Origin: an uncultured virus (IMG/VR IMGVR_UViG_3300031994_000073)
Taxonomy: Duplodnaviria > Heunggongvirae > Uroviricota > Caudoviricetes
IMG/VR virus record: IMGVR_UViG_3300031994_000073
Length of the DNA stretch: 20,000 bases
Direction: 5' to 3' (one strand)
Both the position numbers and the translations under genes were made by a program. The notes beneath the pieces were generated by a model. That model had not been told where the DNA came from, searched no databases, and saw only the letters and a list, made by a program, of their open reading frames with translations. Position 1 is the first letter of the stretch, and every line of letters starts with the position of its first letter. Shown here in pieces: positions 1 to 8,589 of this stretch.

Positions 1-208
1 TTGAGCCCATGAACTCGGTAGCAAGTTCACCAAAAGTCTTACCAGGAATAGATCCAGTACGTGCCTGCAAAAGCATGTCTTCTGGTTCAAGAACATCCTC
101 AAGGTCTTTATTGTCAAATTTGAAATTCACAAGGAATAGCCAAGACTTGACAAGGTCTGGCTTATTCTTCAACTTGGTAGTGAATACCGACATGTTTTGT
201 ACAGCCAT
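1..208 (-). CDS. Tail tube protein (T4 gp19-like), 5' part; runs off the window start
   Basis: Manual translation from ATG at 208: MAVQNMSVFTTKLKNKPDLVKSWLFLVNFKFDNKDLEDVLEPEDMLLQARTGSIPGKTFGELATEFMGS. The 'xWLFxV-F ... IPG+T+ ... F+G' pattern is typical of gp19. Strong SD (TAAGGAG) and a perfect TATAAATA lie upstream. Confidence 0.75.
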   Translation of the reverse strand, partial: MAVQNMSVFTTKLKNKPDLVKSWLFLVNFKFDNKDLEDVLEPEDMLLQARTGSIPGKTFGELATEFMGS

Positions 209-233
209 GAAAAATTCTCCTTATACTTTTTAT

Positions 234-241
234 TATTTATA
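234..241 (-). promoter_or_regulatory. T4-type late (gp55) promoter TATAAATA upstream of the tail tube gene
   Basis: Plus-strand tatttata at 234-241 reads TATAAATA on minus, in the intergenic gap. Confidence 0.8.
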
Positions 242-248
242 CATGGAG

Positions 249-1853
249 TTAATAATCCATGTCTCCCTCTTCCACTTCCTCGCTTTCATCACCACCTTCT
301 GCCTTAGCAGCCTCAACTTTCTTCTTCAGTTCGGCAATTTCTCTTGCGAGCATTTCTTCGTTCTTCTTCCATTCATCAGTCTTATAACCAAGCATGTTTT
401 CAAATACGAACTGCTTTGCGAAGATCGGAGGTGCTTCATCTGAATCGTCCTTAATGTTAGCACGGGTTGGAAGCATAGTAGAAACAGTTCCAAGAATACC
501 TGTTCTCTTTTCTGCCATAGCCAAAGCTCTGAACTGAACAGTGTCAGTAGCAGGGATAAGGGAAATTTCATAAAGAGCGGAGTCAAGGTACTTTTCTTCA
601 TAGCCAGCGACTTGCAACTGAACCATGAAAATCTGCATGATAACATCAGCGAAACGTTCAGAGAATTCTTGACAACGTTTCTGGAACTGGCTTTCATCAA
701 GGCTCAAACCATCTAAGCCTTGAACGTACTGAGAAGAACCAGCTTCTCCTTTCCAGCGAGTACCCGGAACTTCAAGAGCGTCAGCGACATCTTCTTTGAA
801 ACTGCTGATAGCGTCCTGAGCGCCATTGAACTCGGTAGATCCTTTCAATGTTTCAACAGAAGAACCTTGTCCGTTTCTGTCTTGCATGAACCAGATATCC
901 TGAGTCATTGCTTGTGTATTAGCAGAACCAACTACAAGACCAGTTGTCGGGTCAAGATTCAAGTCTCTACGATACTGGCTGATAATCTGCTGCAAGTATT
1001 CAGGCTGGCGAGAGGTTGCCATCTGACCACCGTAGATCTTCCAGATTCTCTTTTCAGGAGCACGAACAATGAAATACACAGTCTGTGCATCTTGAATAGC
1101 GCGAAGCTGGTTTATAGGCTTAATAGCAGCCTCTAGATGTCCTCTAACATCGTTAAGGTTGTTGCCATAATATTTACCGTAATTTGCGTACGCAATCTCA
1201 TTACGGGTGAACGTTTTAAGTTCCTTCTTTGCGAAGCTCGGGTCAACAAGTGATGGATCCTGAACGAAGCCAGTAAGAACTCCTTCTTCATATACACACA
1301 ATGTGCAGTATGGTGGAAGTACCTTAATGCCAGCGACACAGTTCTTTTCATCATTAAGACAGATTTCAAGGAAGATTTCACCGTCAATAAGCCACTTGCG
1401 GAAAAGTGACTTTACTTCTGACTTCTTAATTACACTGTTGATAACCCAGTCAAATTCTTTCTTCAATGAGTCAAATTCGGAGTTCGTAAAATACTTCTTC
1501 TGTGACTCTACAATGTCAAACTTAGCGACTTCGCCAGTCACTGTTCTTGAGCAGCATTCGCCAACAATGATATTCAACATCTTCTTAACGAAGGCGTACA
1601 AAGCCATGTTACGATAGAAGTTGATACGCTGTCTCTTAGAAGAAAAGACAGTATCAAAGATTATGTTGTTTTGCTCGAAAGGGTAGGCCGGAGCCGCCTG
1701 ACCCGTAATGCCTCTAATGTACTTGCTTAAATCAAGTGTGTCTTCGCCAACGCCGTAAGAGTTCAGCTTGGCGGTCATCTCACGAGTCTGTACTTTGTCA
1801 GGAAGTACCTGTAAGAACTTTGGTGATAGCGGGTTAAAAAGACTGAAATTCAT
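249..1853 (-). CDS. gp20: Portal vertex protein (T4 gp20-like)
   Basis: 534 aa with gp20 motifs: FRKWLIDGEIF, HLEAAIKPINQLRAIQDAQTVYFIVRAPEKRIWKI, QDIWF-QDRNGQGSSVETLKG, ALEVPGTR. SD GAGG. Confidence 0.93.
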   Translation of the reverse strand: MNFSLFNPLSPKFLQVLPDKVQTREMTAKLNSYGVGEDTLDLSKYIRGITGQAAPAYPFEQNNIIFDTVFSSKRQRINFYRNMALYAFVKKMLNIIVGECCSRTVTGEVAKFDIVESQKKYFTNSEFDSLKKEFDWVINSVIKKSEVKSLFRKWLIDGEIFLEICLNDEKNCVAGIKVLPPYCTLCVYEEGVLTGFVQDPSLVDPSFAKKELKTFTRNEIAYANYGKYYGNNLNDVRGHLEAAIKPINQLRAIQDAQTVYFIVRAPEKRIWKIYGGQMATSRQPEYLQQIISQYRRDLNLDPTTGLVVGSANTQAMTQDIWFMQDRNGQGSSVETLKGSTEFNGAQDAISSFKEDVADALEVPGTRWKGEAGSSQYVQGLDGLSLDESQFQKRCQEFSERFADVIMQIFMVQLQVAGYEEKYLDSALYEISLIPATDTVQFRALAMAEKRTGILGTVSTMLPTRANIKDDSDEAPPIFAKQFVFENMLGYKTDEWKKNEEMLAREIAELKKKVEAAKAEGGDESEEVEEGDMDY

Positions 1854-1867
1854 TTATTGCCTCTACC

Positions 1868-2641
1868 TTATTTATTCAATTTTGCAGTGAAGACGTTTAT
1901 CATTGGCAACATTTTTGCATAAAGCTTAGCAGGAACTGAATTTCTGAATCTTATCTTCAATGCGTCATCAGCAAGCACAAAGTCATGCGCTGCCATGTTG
2001 ATGAACTCAATGTTGTCCATAAGATTGTCAGTTATCTGGGCTTTGATGTCATCATCAATTTCGTAAATCTCGCCGCCCTGCTCTCTGTAGTCTGGATTGA
2101 TTGAAACAAGTTCATTCTTTGTGTAGATGTCAATGACCTGTTCAAGCCAAGATGAATCGTTCACTAATTCTGAGAAGAAATCAAAACACCAGTCATTACC
2201 ATTTTCATCAGTGAAAAGATACGAATGAGGAGCCTCGAGTAAAAGGCTCTCCTTCATATTTGGATGAATCGTTCTTTCTTCATCTGGTCCTTGTAACTTT
2301 GGAAGATGTCCATCTGGACCACGAGAAAAAACGATGTCCGGCAATTTCTTGTTATAGTGCTGAAGACCAACATTACGACGAGCAATAAAAGATCTGCGAC
2401 GTTTCAACTCAATAAGACCGATTCTTGACTTTCTCTTGAGTTTACCACGGCGCTGACCAATTTTGCGTTTACGTCTTTCAGTAGCAGTGATTCTTACTTC
2501 CTTAGGGTTACCGTCTTTATCAAAAGCAACACGATAACGACCTTTCTTAGTAGTGACCCACTTCTTTACTCGTTTGCCGTTACGCACTACCCACTTGACA
2601 CGTAGTGCTTCATTCAATGCGTAGTCTTCTAAATTCTCCAT
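1868..2641 (-). CDS. Prohead core protein-like (gp68-like basic N-terminal domain) with an extra C-terminal domain
   Basis: LNE followed by an Arg/Lys-rich segment (VVRNGKRVKK...ERRKRKIGQRRGKLKRK...KRRRSFIARRNVGL) resembling the T4 gp68 C-terminus; adjacent to portal. Confidence 0.6.
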   Translation of the reverse strand: MENLEDYALNEALRVKWVVRNGKRVKKWVTTKKGRYRVAFDKDGNPKEVRITATERRKRKIGQRRGKLKRKSRIGLIELKRRRSFIARRNVGLQHYNKKLPDIVFSRGPDGHLPKLQGPDEERTIHPNMKESLLLEAPHSYLFTDENGNDWCFDFFSELVNDSSWLEQVIDIYTKNELVSINPDYREQGGEIYEIDDDIKAQITDNLMDNIEFINMAAHDFVLADDALKIRFRNSVPAKLYAKMLPMINVFTAKLNK

Positions 2642-2653
2642 GTATTATTTATC

Positions 2654-3811
2654 TTAAATCAGATCTTTTCTTGTTGACTGATTGTCAATCATATTTAGCC
2701 ACTGATTGACATGCTTGTCACTTTCAAGCCAAGTTCCGCTTGTGTTGATAAATGAATACTGCCAGTTAAGAACCTTGTTATAGTTCTCCTTCTTGCAAAG
2801 TTTCCAGAACTGTTCGTCAAGCTCAGTGTATGTACAGTTCAACTTTACTTGAGAATCTGGATGTGCATCACGATATGGCGAGTCCTTGAAGACCGTTCCC
2901 ATAAAGACCATTCCAGAAGCGCAAGATTCATAGAAACGAAGGCTTGACTTGCACTTGTTGAATGAATTCTCTACAAGAGGGGCAATACAGAAGTCAGCGT
3001 TCAAGTCCATCACCTGACGTGGGAACGAGTTCGTATCTACCCAAGGACAGATATAGATTTCATCCTTGATAGGTTCAAAGAACCAAGGCAAACCACCCAT
3101 TACGACAAAGTTGATTTTGTGTTCTCTGACATTCTTAATTACCCAGTCGAGCCAGACGTTGTCAAAGTCGCCTTTAAGAGGAGGCAGACCATTTGGGAAC
3201 ATCTGGCATTTTGGGACTGGGTTCTGGTAATGGCAAGGAGAACCAGAATAAAGAATCGTCGGTTTCTTAAGATCCTCAGTGATGTCCTTTTTACGAGGGA
3301 AACTCCACATGAAGCGTGGAATTACATTCTTAATCACGGTGACGTTATGAACATCAAACTTCTTTTCAATCTGTTCTTTAAGATATTCTGTCGAGACAAC
3401 GATTTCATCAAACCACGGAAGAATAGTAGCACAGTTCTTGTCTACTTCATCTTTATTGAAACCACGGCTTGCTGTGTTGTATTCTGGCAGAACTTCGCCA
3501 TCAATAGAGAAAACCTGGTCATCTGTTTCAAAGATCATCTTATAGCCGTACTTAGGCTGAATAGTCTTGTAACGGCGAACAAATTCTATCTTGTCATCAT
3601 GAACAGGTCGCTGAAAAATAATTGCCTTAGCCCTTGACAAGTAGAATGCGTCAAACATCGGATAAGGCAATACGATAGGCGTGAAGCCAAGATGCTCATA
3701 AGCGCCCAAGAACAAAGAGTTCCATCTAAGGCGATAATGACTGCATCCTGATCTGTCAGCCGCAATGATAAGAACTAAGTCTTTGCCATCGTTCGTTCTG
3801 GCACTTAGCAT
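2654..3811 (-). CDS. GT-B fold glycosyltransferase (GT4-like, phage type)
   Basis: Motifs D-SGC-HYR, IIFQR, FETDD, DEIVVSTEYL, VIKNVIP and IAPLVENSFNKCKSSLRFYE-CASG. Confidence 0.8.
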   Translation of the reverse strand: MLSARTNDGKDLVLIIAADRSGCSHYRLRWNSLFLGAYEHLGFTPIVLPYPMFDAFYLSRAKAIIFQRPVHDDKIEFVRRYKTIQPKYGYKMIFETDDQVFSIDGEVLPEYNTASRGFNKDEVDKNCATILPWFDEIVVSTEYLKEQIEKKFDVHNVTVIKNVIPRFMWSFPRKKDITEDLKKPTILYSGSPCHYQNPVPKCQMFPNGLPPLKGDFDNVWLDWVIKNVREHKINFVVMGGLPWFFEPIKDEIYICPWVDTNSFPRQVMDLNADFCIAPLVENSFNKCKSSLRFYESCASGMVFMGTVFKDSPYRDAHPDSQVKLNCTYTELDEQFWKLCKKENYNKVLNWQYSFINTSGTWLESDKHVNQWLNMIDNQSTRKDLI

Positions 3812-3840
3812 AATAACCTCACATCAACTCAAATTCTAAC

Positions 3841-4878
3841 TTATTTATCCATATCAGCAAGAGTATTGCGAACGTTCTGAGTATCGTTCTTCATCTTGGC
3901 AAGTTCTTCCTTGCGAGCATCACGGAGCTTAGTAAGTGCTTGCTTGATCTTCAATACCAAGTAACGATAAGTACGTTCATCAACATTTTCACCGACTTTC
4001 TTAAGCAAATAAGTAGCGTTCTTCGGATTCTGGAAGATTACATCTTCGTCCTTAAGCAACTTACCGTTGAAAACGATTGTGATGACCTTCTTAACTGCAT
4101 CAATCTCAGCAAGTTCAATGTCAGGAAGTGCTTCAATGACAGCGTTAAGCGACTTCATGATTCCGTCTACGTCAAGGACGCATGCGCCATTTGGCTCGGG
4201 TTCGCCAAGTTCGCCTTTCTTCTGGTTGTTAGCGAAGTCAGGATCGTCTTCATGATTTGCTAGATCATAAGGATCGTCTTCATTCGGTTCATCGTTATTC
4301 TGGCTGCCATCAATGTTTTCATCACCTTCTTCAGCGAACGGATCTCCGCCGTCGCCTCCGAAACCGCCGTCATCGCCTCCAAATCCGCCATCATCACCGA
4401 ATGCGGCGTCATCGGCTGGTGCATCATCACCGAATGCAGCGTCTCCAGTGTCTGTTTCGCCGAAATCCGGTTCATCATCAGCTTCTGTCAACTTGAATGG
4501 AACATACTTAAATTCTGTGAGCTTAATAGGCTTGACCCTTTCACACATAAATTCAGAAATGTCTTTCATTCGTTTCTCCTTTTTAAAATAGGCAGCTACT
4601 GCCTTTACAATATCCAATTTCTTCAAGTGCTTTGTTTTAGAACCAGTAAAGTAGTCAAAGAAAATTCGTGCATTCTTTGAGTTTTGCTTTGCCAGTAGAC
4701 ACATTAAATTTTCTTCGTCTTCGTCAAGAATCATCTTGACAATCAATTCCATAAGTTCTTCATTTGTGTCTACTATACTTTCGTAAAGCGACTCATCTGT
4801 TGTTTTTATATATCTCTTACAGAAACGCGAAAAGAACTTATCACGATTTTCTATCTTATAAAAAACTGAATAAAGCAT
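3841..4878 (-). CDS. Hypothetical acidic protein, probable head/prohead internal protein; possible internal start at 4569
   Basis: 345-aa ORF with KLTE motifs and FGDD/FGGD low-complexity repeats; strong SD AAGGAG before in-frame ATG 4569. Confidence 0.6.
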   Translation of the reverse strand: MLYSVFYKIENRDKFFSRFCKRYIKTTDESLYESIVDTNEELMELIVKMILDEDEENLMCLLAKQNSKNARIFFDYFTGSKTKHLKKLDIVKAVAAYFKKEKRMKDISEFMCERVKPIKLTEFKYVPFKLTEADDEPDFGETDTGDAAFGDDAPADDAAFGDDGGFGGDDGGFGGDGGDPFAEEGDENIDGSQNNDEPNEDDPYDLANHEDDPDFANNQKKGELGEPEPNGACVLDVDGIMKSLNAVIEALPDIELAEIDAVKKVITIVFNGKLLKDEDVIFQNPKNATYLLKKVGENVDERTYRYLVLKIKQALTKLRDARKEELAKMKNDTQNVRNTLADMDK

Positions 4879-4881
4879 TAC

Positions 4882-5478
4882 CTACTCTAAGTTAAATTTT
4901 GGTTCTATTTGACTTTCAATTTCAATCGCTTCCTTCTCTGCCTTTTCAGCCATGTCAAGGAGCTGCGATGAAGTGAAGATCATATTGTTCTGAATGTAAG
5001 TATCGCCACCGCCTTCGCCGTTAGCGCCTTGGTCAGCTCTAAGCTGCATAAGGCGTTCTTTCTGTTCCATGTTAGCACGCTGCAGTTCTTCACGTGTTTC
5101 TTGAACCTGATAATCAGTGATGATCTTGTTTAACTGTTCCAGTTCCTTCAAGTGCGATGCCTGTGTGCTAGACAATGAAGAATAGACTTCAAAGTAACGA
5201 GGGGCAGCGCCAACTTTACACATCTGGCGAAGAGTCTCAAGAACATCGCCGTCGGCGTGTATCTTCTCTTGCCACATTGTCTCAAGTAGTTTCAGATGCT
5301 TTAGCGTATACTTCTGACCTTTCCAAGTAACGATTTTCTTTTCGTCATCGTTTTCTTCTTGTTCTCGTTCAGCACGCAAATCTTGAACTACTTGCGGGGT
5401 AAGTTCTTCTTTAACCTTCTCTTCAGAGGTAGGCTTGATGTTAAATGTATCGCACAATGTTTTGAACTGTTCTTCCAT
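4882..5478 (-). CDS. gp16: Terminase small subunit (T4 gp16-like)
   Basis: APRYFEVYSSL...LKELEQLNK coiled coil and C-terminal NNMIFTSSQLL match the gp16 'PRxxEV' and 'NNxxF.S..L' signatures. Confidence 0.75.
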   Translation of the reverse strand: MEEQFKTLCDTFNIKPTSEEKVKEELTPQVVQDLRAEREQEENDDEKKIVTWKGQKYTLKHLKLLETMWQEKIHADGDVLETLRQMCKVGAAPRYFEVYSSLSSTQASHLKELEQLNKIITDYQVQETREELQRANMEQKERLMQLRADQGANGEGGGDTYIQNNMIFTSSQLLDMAEKAEKEAIEIESQIEPKFNLE

Positions 5479-5498
5479 AAAAATATTTATTAGGCTGG

Positions 5499-5525
5499 AA
5501 AAAGCGGTAGCAAAACGCTACCGCT
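5499..5525 (-). terminator. Rho-independent terminator
   Basis: Stem agcggtagc (5503-5511) / gctaccgct (5517-5525) with a T-tract on the minus strand. Confidence 0.8.
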
Positions 5526-5548
5526 CTCAGGTTTTAGAACTTTATGAA

Positions 5549-6340
5549 TTATTCGCCGTCGCCGTACTGCTGCTTGAATACTTGAGCACGGAATTCTTTA
5601 CGTGCTCCATCAACGCGGTTCTTAATCTTGGCTTTAACAAGTGCCATGATAATTGGTTCGAGTTTATCAAAACGATGCTGATAAATCTTTCCAGTCATGT
5701 ATTTGCTGTTTTCATTCAAGATCTTTCCTGGTTCGCAAAGTTCCTTCATTACAGATTCAACTGTTGCACTTTCTGGCGGCAATTCATTTTCATCTTCTTC
5801 GGAATTTTCTTCTTCGCCATCAAAATCGTCGTGTGACTTAGCTGGCTTTTCTTCTCCGTCTTCTGATTCAGGTTCGCCTTCTGGTTCTCCCTCAGGTTCA
5901 CCACCTTCAGGCTCTCCTTCAGGTTCAGCGGCAGGTTCTTCCAATGCAGGCTCAGCTGGTGCAGGTTCAGCAGCAGGTTCTGCAGACTGTTCCTGATTTG
6001 CTTGCATATCCTTAATCTGTTGGGTAAGTTCCTGAACTGCAGTAGTCAATGTCTGCAATGCGTCAAGCTGGTCACGTTGAACGTCATCATCGCTTGCGCC
6101 TTCAACACCGGTTTCTTCTGCATGTGACTCTTCCGGTGTGCCTTCTTCCGGAGCAGGCTCGCCACCTTCTACTGGTTCTTCAGCGGGATCATTATCAGGA
6201 TCGTCATTAGCAGGAACGCCTTCTTCTGGAAGTTCCGGCTCAGTGTTTTCTGGTGACTGGATTGGCGCTTCCTCTCCGTCAAGGAATCCTTCAGAAAGGC
6301 TCAACTTTTTACGATTCTTCTTTGTTACTGTTTTTCCCAT
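5549..6340 (-). CDS. Highly acidic Glu/Pro-rich protein with a short coiled coil; probable prohead core/scaffold-type protein
   Basis: 263 aa; EPEG/EPAA repeats; LSE and LNE sites; own TATAAATA promoter, SD AGGAG and downstream terminator. Confidence 0.55.
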   Translation of the reverse strand: MGKTVTKKNRKKLSLSEGFLDGEEAPIQSPENTEPELPEEGVPANDDPDNDPAEEPVEGGEPAPEEGTPEESHAEETGVEGASDDDVQRDQLDALQTLTTAVQELTQQIKDMQANQEQSAEPAAEPAPAEPALEEPAAEPEGEPEGGEPEGEPEGEPESEDGEEKPAKSHDDFDGEEENSEEDENELPPESATVESVMKELCEPGKILNENSKYMTGKIYQHRFDKLEPIIMALVKAKIKNRVDGARKEFRAQVFKQQYGDGE

Positions 6341-6369
6341 GTTCTATCTCCTAAAACCTTTTTCTAAAT

Positions 6370-6377
6370 TATTTATA
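6370..6377 (-). promoter_or_regulatory. T4-type late promoter TATAAATA overlapping the stop codon of the upstream gene
   Basis: tatttata at 6370-6377. Confidence 0.7.
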
Positions 6378-6768
6378 AACTCTTTAGAAAATCTTTAAAT
6401 TCATCACTGTCTTTTAACTCTTTGAAGGCTTGATGAATCTTAAAAGCCTCCGCAAACGATTTTTCTGCATTTGCGATTTCAGTTTCAAATGATTCATAGT
6501 ACTGTGAAATGTACGTCTTAAGATCTGCTTTGTTTGCCTTTTCAAATACGCCGAACAGACCAATCGGTGAGTAGATTGATTTAAGTGCCTTTGTGTCAAA
6601 CTGCTTTGCGACAGTTTCAGCCTTTTCAATCACCTTCTTAAGAACTTCGTCCTTCTTTGTTTCATCAGGGCAGTTATTCGCAAGCTTTGCGATAACAAGC
6701 GTGTAGATGAGAGGATTGTCCTCTAACTTACTGAACTCTTTGCTTTCATTCACAAAATCTCTAAACAT
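6373..6768 (-). CDS. Hypothetical protein (possible internal head protein)
   Basis: 131-aa ORF, TAATG-coupled to the upstream gene; N-terminus MFRDFVNES resembles T4-like capsid-targeting leaders. Confidence 0.65.
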   Translation of the reverse strand: MFRDFVNESKEFSKLEDNPLIYTLVIAKLANNCPDETKKDEVLKKVIEKAETVAKQFDTKALKSIYSPIGLFGVFEKANKADLKTYISQYYESFETEIANAEKSFAEAFKIHQAFKELKDSDEFKDFLKSL

Positions 6769-7091
6769 TATTTAGCTCCTTTCTTATTAGACAATTCAGA
6801 CGTAGTAGCGAGACGCTCAAGTGCCAAAGCCATAGTTTGAAGTGTTGTCTTAATCTCCTTAACGTCTTCTTTAATATCGGAGTGTTCGTTCTTTAGATTT
6901 TCTATATCTTTTTTCATGAGCTCTTTCTCCGTCTTAAGTTTGGCAATTTCTTGCTCCAGCGCCATAATCGCCGCGTCTCGAGCTGCAGCGGTATTCTTAC
7001 GCTGAAAGTATATCACAAGATAGCAAATGATAAAGCAAACGATTGCCACAACATTACCACTATTCAAAATTGTCGTCAAGATAGCTTCCAT
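6768..7091 (-). CDS. Single-TM plus coiled-coil protein; holin-like (BhlA/XhlA-type architecture)
   Basis: N-terminal hydrophobic helix VVAIVCFIICYLVIYF followed by basic residues and heptad repeats. Confidence 0.5.
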   Translation of the reverse strand: MEAILTTILNSGNVVAIVCFIICYLVIYFQRKNTAAARDAAIMALEQEIAKLKTEKELMKKDIENLKNEHSDIKEDVKEIKTTLQTMALALERLATTSELSNKKGAK

Positions 7092-8141
7092 TTAGTCCTC
7101 ATTAAACCAAATAATGTTATTGCCTACACAAGCAGCAGGATCTGCTCCTGATGTTGACCACTTGTATTCTACAATCTTGTTCTTAAGAGCGTTGACCTCA
7201 TTATATGCAGAAACGCCTTTGTCCATTTTATCAACGGCGCTTTGGTCAAGGTCAATCTGATAAACATCATCTGAAAGTTGTGATACTTTAATGTAATCAC
7301 CGCTCTGATACTTAACGCTTTCCTTGACGAGTTCTTCAATAACTGCTATCGCAGAACCGTAACCTCCAATGCGTTTCCAAAGCTCTTGAATTGCTGACCA
7401 GTTATGCTCAATGCTTGCCCACTGCGAAGCATCAGTCAAATCATTGTCATTAAAACGATAATCAAAGGCATTTACCCACCAAGCCATCGCATCGGAAATC
7501 CAAGGAGGATCTTTTTCTTTTGCTGGGAACGGAACATTATATCCAGAATATGCACTGCTTTCTGCAAGTGTAATAACCTGTGGATAATTCTCGTCATTTA
7601 CTTGCTTAAAGTGTCTGATGATTGAATTAAGAAGTTCACGACTCATGAACAACTGCTGATAGTTACGAACGCCATAAGGCTTAGCGCTGGTGCCATCGCC
7701 TTCAATAGAATTTTCATCTACGTAAAAACTGTCGGCCTTTCTATTGATAGCAGAAGTCAATTCGTCACATGCAGAAGTAAGCGCCATTTCAAAGGCGGAA
7801 ATCTGATCCCATTGAGGCTTGCCTTCCTGAACTAATCCGTATGTTTCATTCCACTTATCTGCACTGGAAGCAATTTCTCCATAGGCACTTGCGCCTGACG
7901 CAAATTTAGCCCAGTCTTCAGGAGAAATGCCTGAAACTGTTTCATAGGCTTGGTTCCAGTTAGCTACATCGCCTGAAGTAACACAAACGCATTCAGGCTC
8001 ATCATCTGGACAGCACTCATGTCCAGGTGGAACGACAAAAGCATGTTCCACATCATTGGGTATACGGTGGTGCGGGTGACAATAGTCACCTGGCGGAATC
8101 AAACCCGGCTTACCAAAATATTCTGGACTCATGTTAACCAT
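7092..8141 (-). CDS. Hypothetical virion structural protein (fibre/decoration-like)
   Basis: Long ORF (ATG 8141 with SD AGGT preferred over TTG 8147); Cys/His-rich N-terminus; repeated WNxxY/WD helical motifs; fibre-like 'IEGDGT...P' motif. Confidence 0.5.
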   Translation of the reverse strand: MVNMSPEYFGKPGLIPPGDYCHPHHRIPNDVEHAFVVPPGHECCPDDEPECVCVTSGDVANWNQAYETVSGISPEDWAKFASGASAYGEIASSADKWNETYGLVQEGKPQWDQISAFEMALTSACDELTSAINRKADSFYVDENSIEGDGTSAKPYGVRNYQQLFMSRELLNSIIRHFKQVNDENYPQVITLAESSAYSGYNVPFPAKEKDPPWISDAMAWWVNAFDYRFNDNDLTDASQWASIEHNWSAIQELWKRIGGYGSAIAVIEELVKESVKYQSGDYIKVSQLSDDVYQIDLDQSAVDKMDKGVSAYNEVNALKNKIVEYKWSTSGADPAACVGNNIIWFNED

Positions 8142-8166
8142 ACTCAATACCTATTGTTTATTTTAT

Positions 8167-8496
8167 TTATTTGAGATCTTCAATAGGTATGGACTCAATC
8201 TCCTTGATTGCTTCGTCTATCTCTTTTCTAGCCCTTTTCTCCCAAATGTCTGCTACTCTGTCGTAAATGTAGTCAAAATTTTCGTCTTCTTTTACATCAA
8301 CAATCAACTCCAGCAAATCATCTCGCTTTTTGACGATGTTCCAGTAAAACAAGCACGAAAGCACTTGCTTGTTGACATTGACTGAAAATAACTGTGACCA
8401 TGTCATGTGAAGGTTATTCATTATTGCGTCAGGATCTTTTGAGTTAAACAGCGCTATCATCTCTGTAATTGATTGCTTTAATTCTCGCTTTTTCAT
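8167..8496 (-). CDS. Hypothetical protein
   Basis: 109-aa ORF, SD GAGGT, own TATATT promoter-like element upstream. Confidence 0.7.
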   Translation of the reverse strand: MKKRELKQSITEMIALFNSKDPDAIMNNLHMTWSQLFSVNVNKQVLSCLFYWNIVKKRDDLLELIVDVKEDENFDYIYDRVADIWEKRARKEIDEAIKEIESIPIEDLK

Positions 8497-8513
8497 ATTC
8501 TACCTCTAGTTAA

Positions 8514-8543
8514 AATATAACTATTTTTAGAAGAAAAAAGAAA
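8514..8543 (-). promoter_or_regulatory. Putative non-late (sigma70-like) promoter: TTTCTT ... TATATT
   Basis: TATATT at 8519-8514; same architecture as 14814-14842. Confidence 0.4.
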
Positions 8544-8568
8544 TGCACGGATTTTATTTCCGTGCATT
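8533..8568 (-). terminator. Rho-independent terminator
   Basis: 10-bp stem aatgcacgga (8542-8551) / tccgtgcatt (8559-8568) followed by TCTTTTTT on minus. Confidence 0.85.
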
Positions 8569-8589
8569 GAGTGAATGTGGTTTCTTGTA

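Noticed and set aside
4340..4470. Short GC-rich tandem repeats (also 5865-5985)
   Set aside because: Explained by low-complexity coding repeats (FGDD/FGGD; EPEG/EPAA), not CRISPR or DGR.
4876..4884. TAG stop of gp16 is in frame with the next ORF (TAG-GTA-ATG), suggesting amber recoding or readthrough as in Lak/crAss-like phages
   Set aside because: Long ORFs have no internal TAG, coding density under code 11 is high, and regA and gp16 end at their expected C-termini; the TAG merely overlaps an SD-like AGGT.
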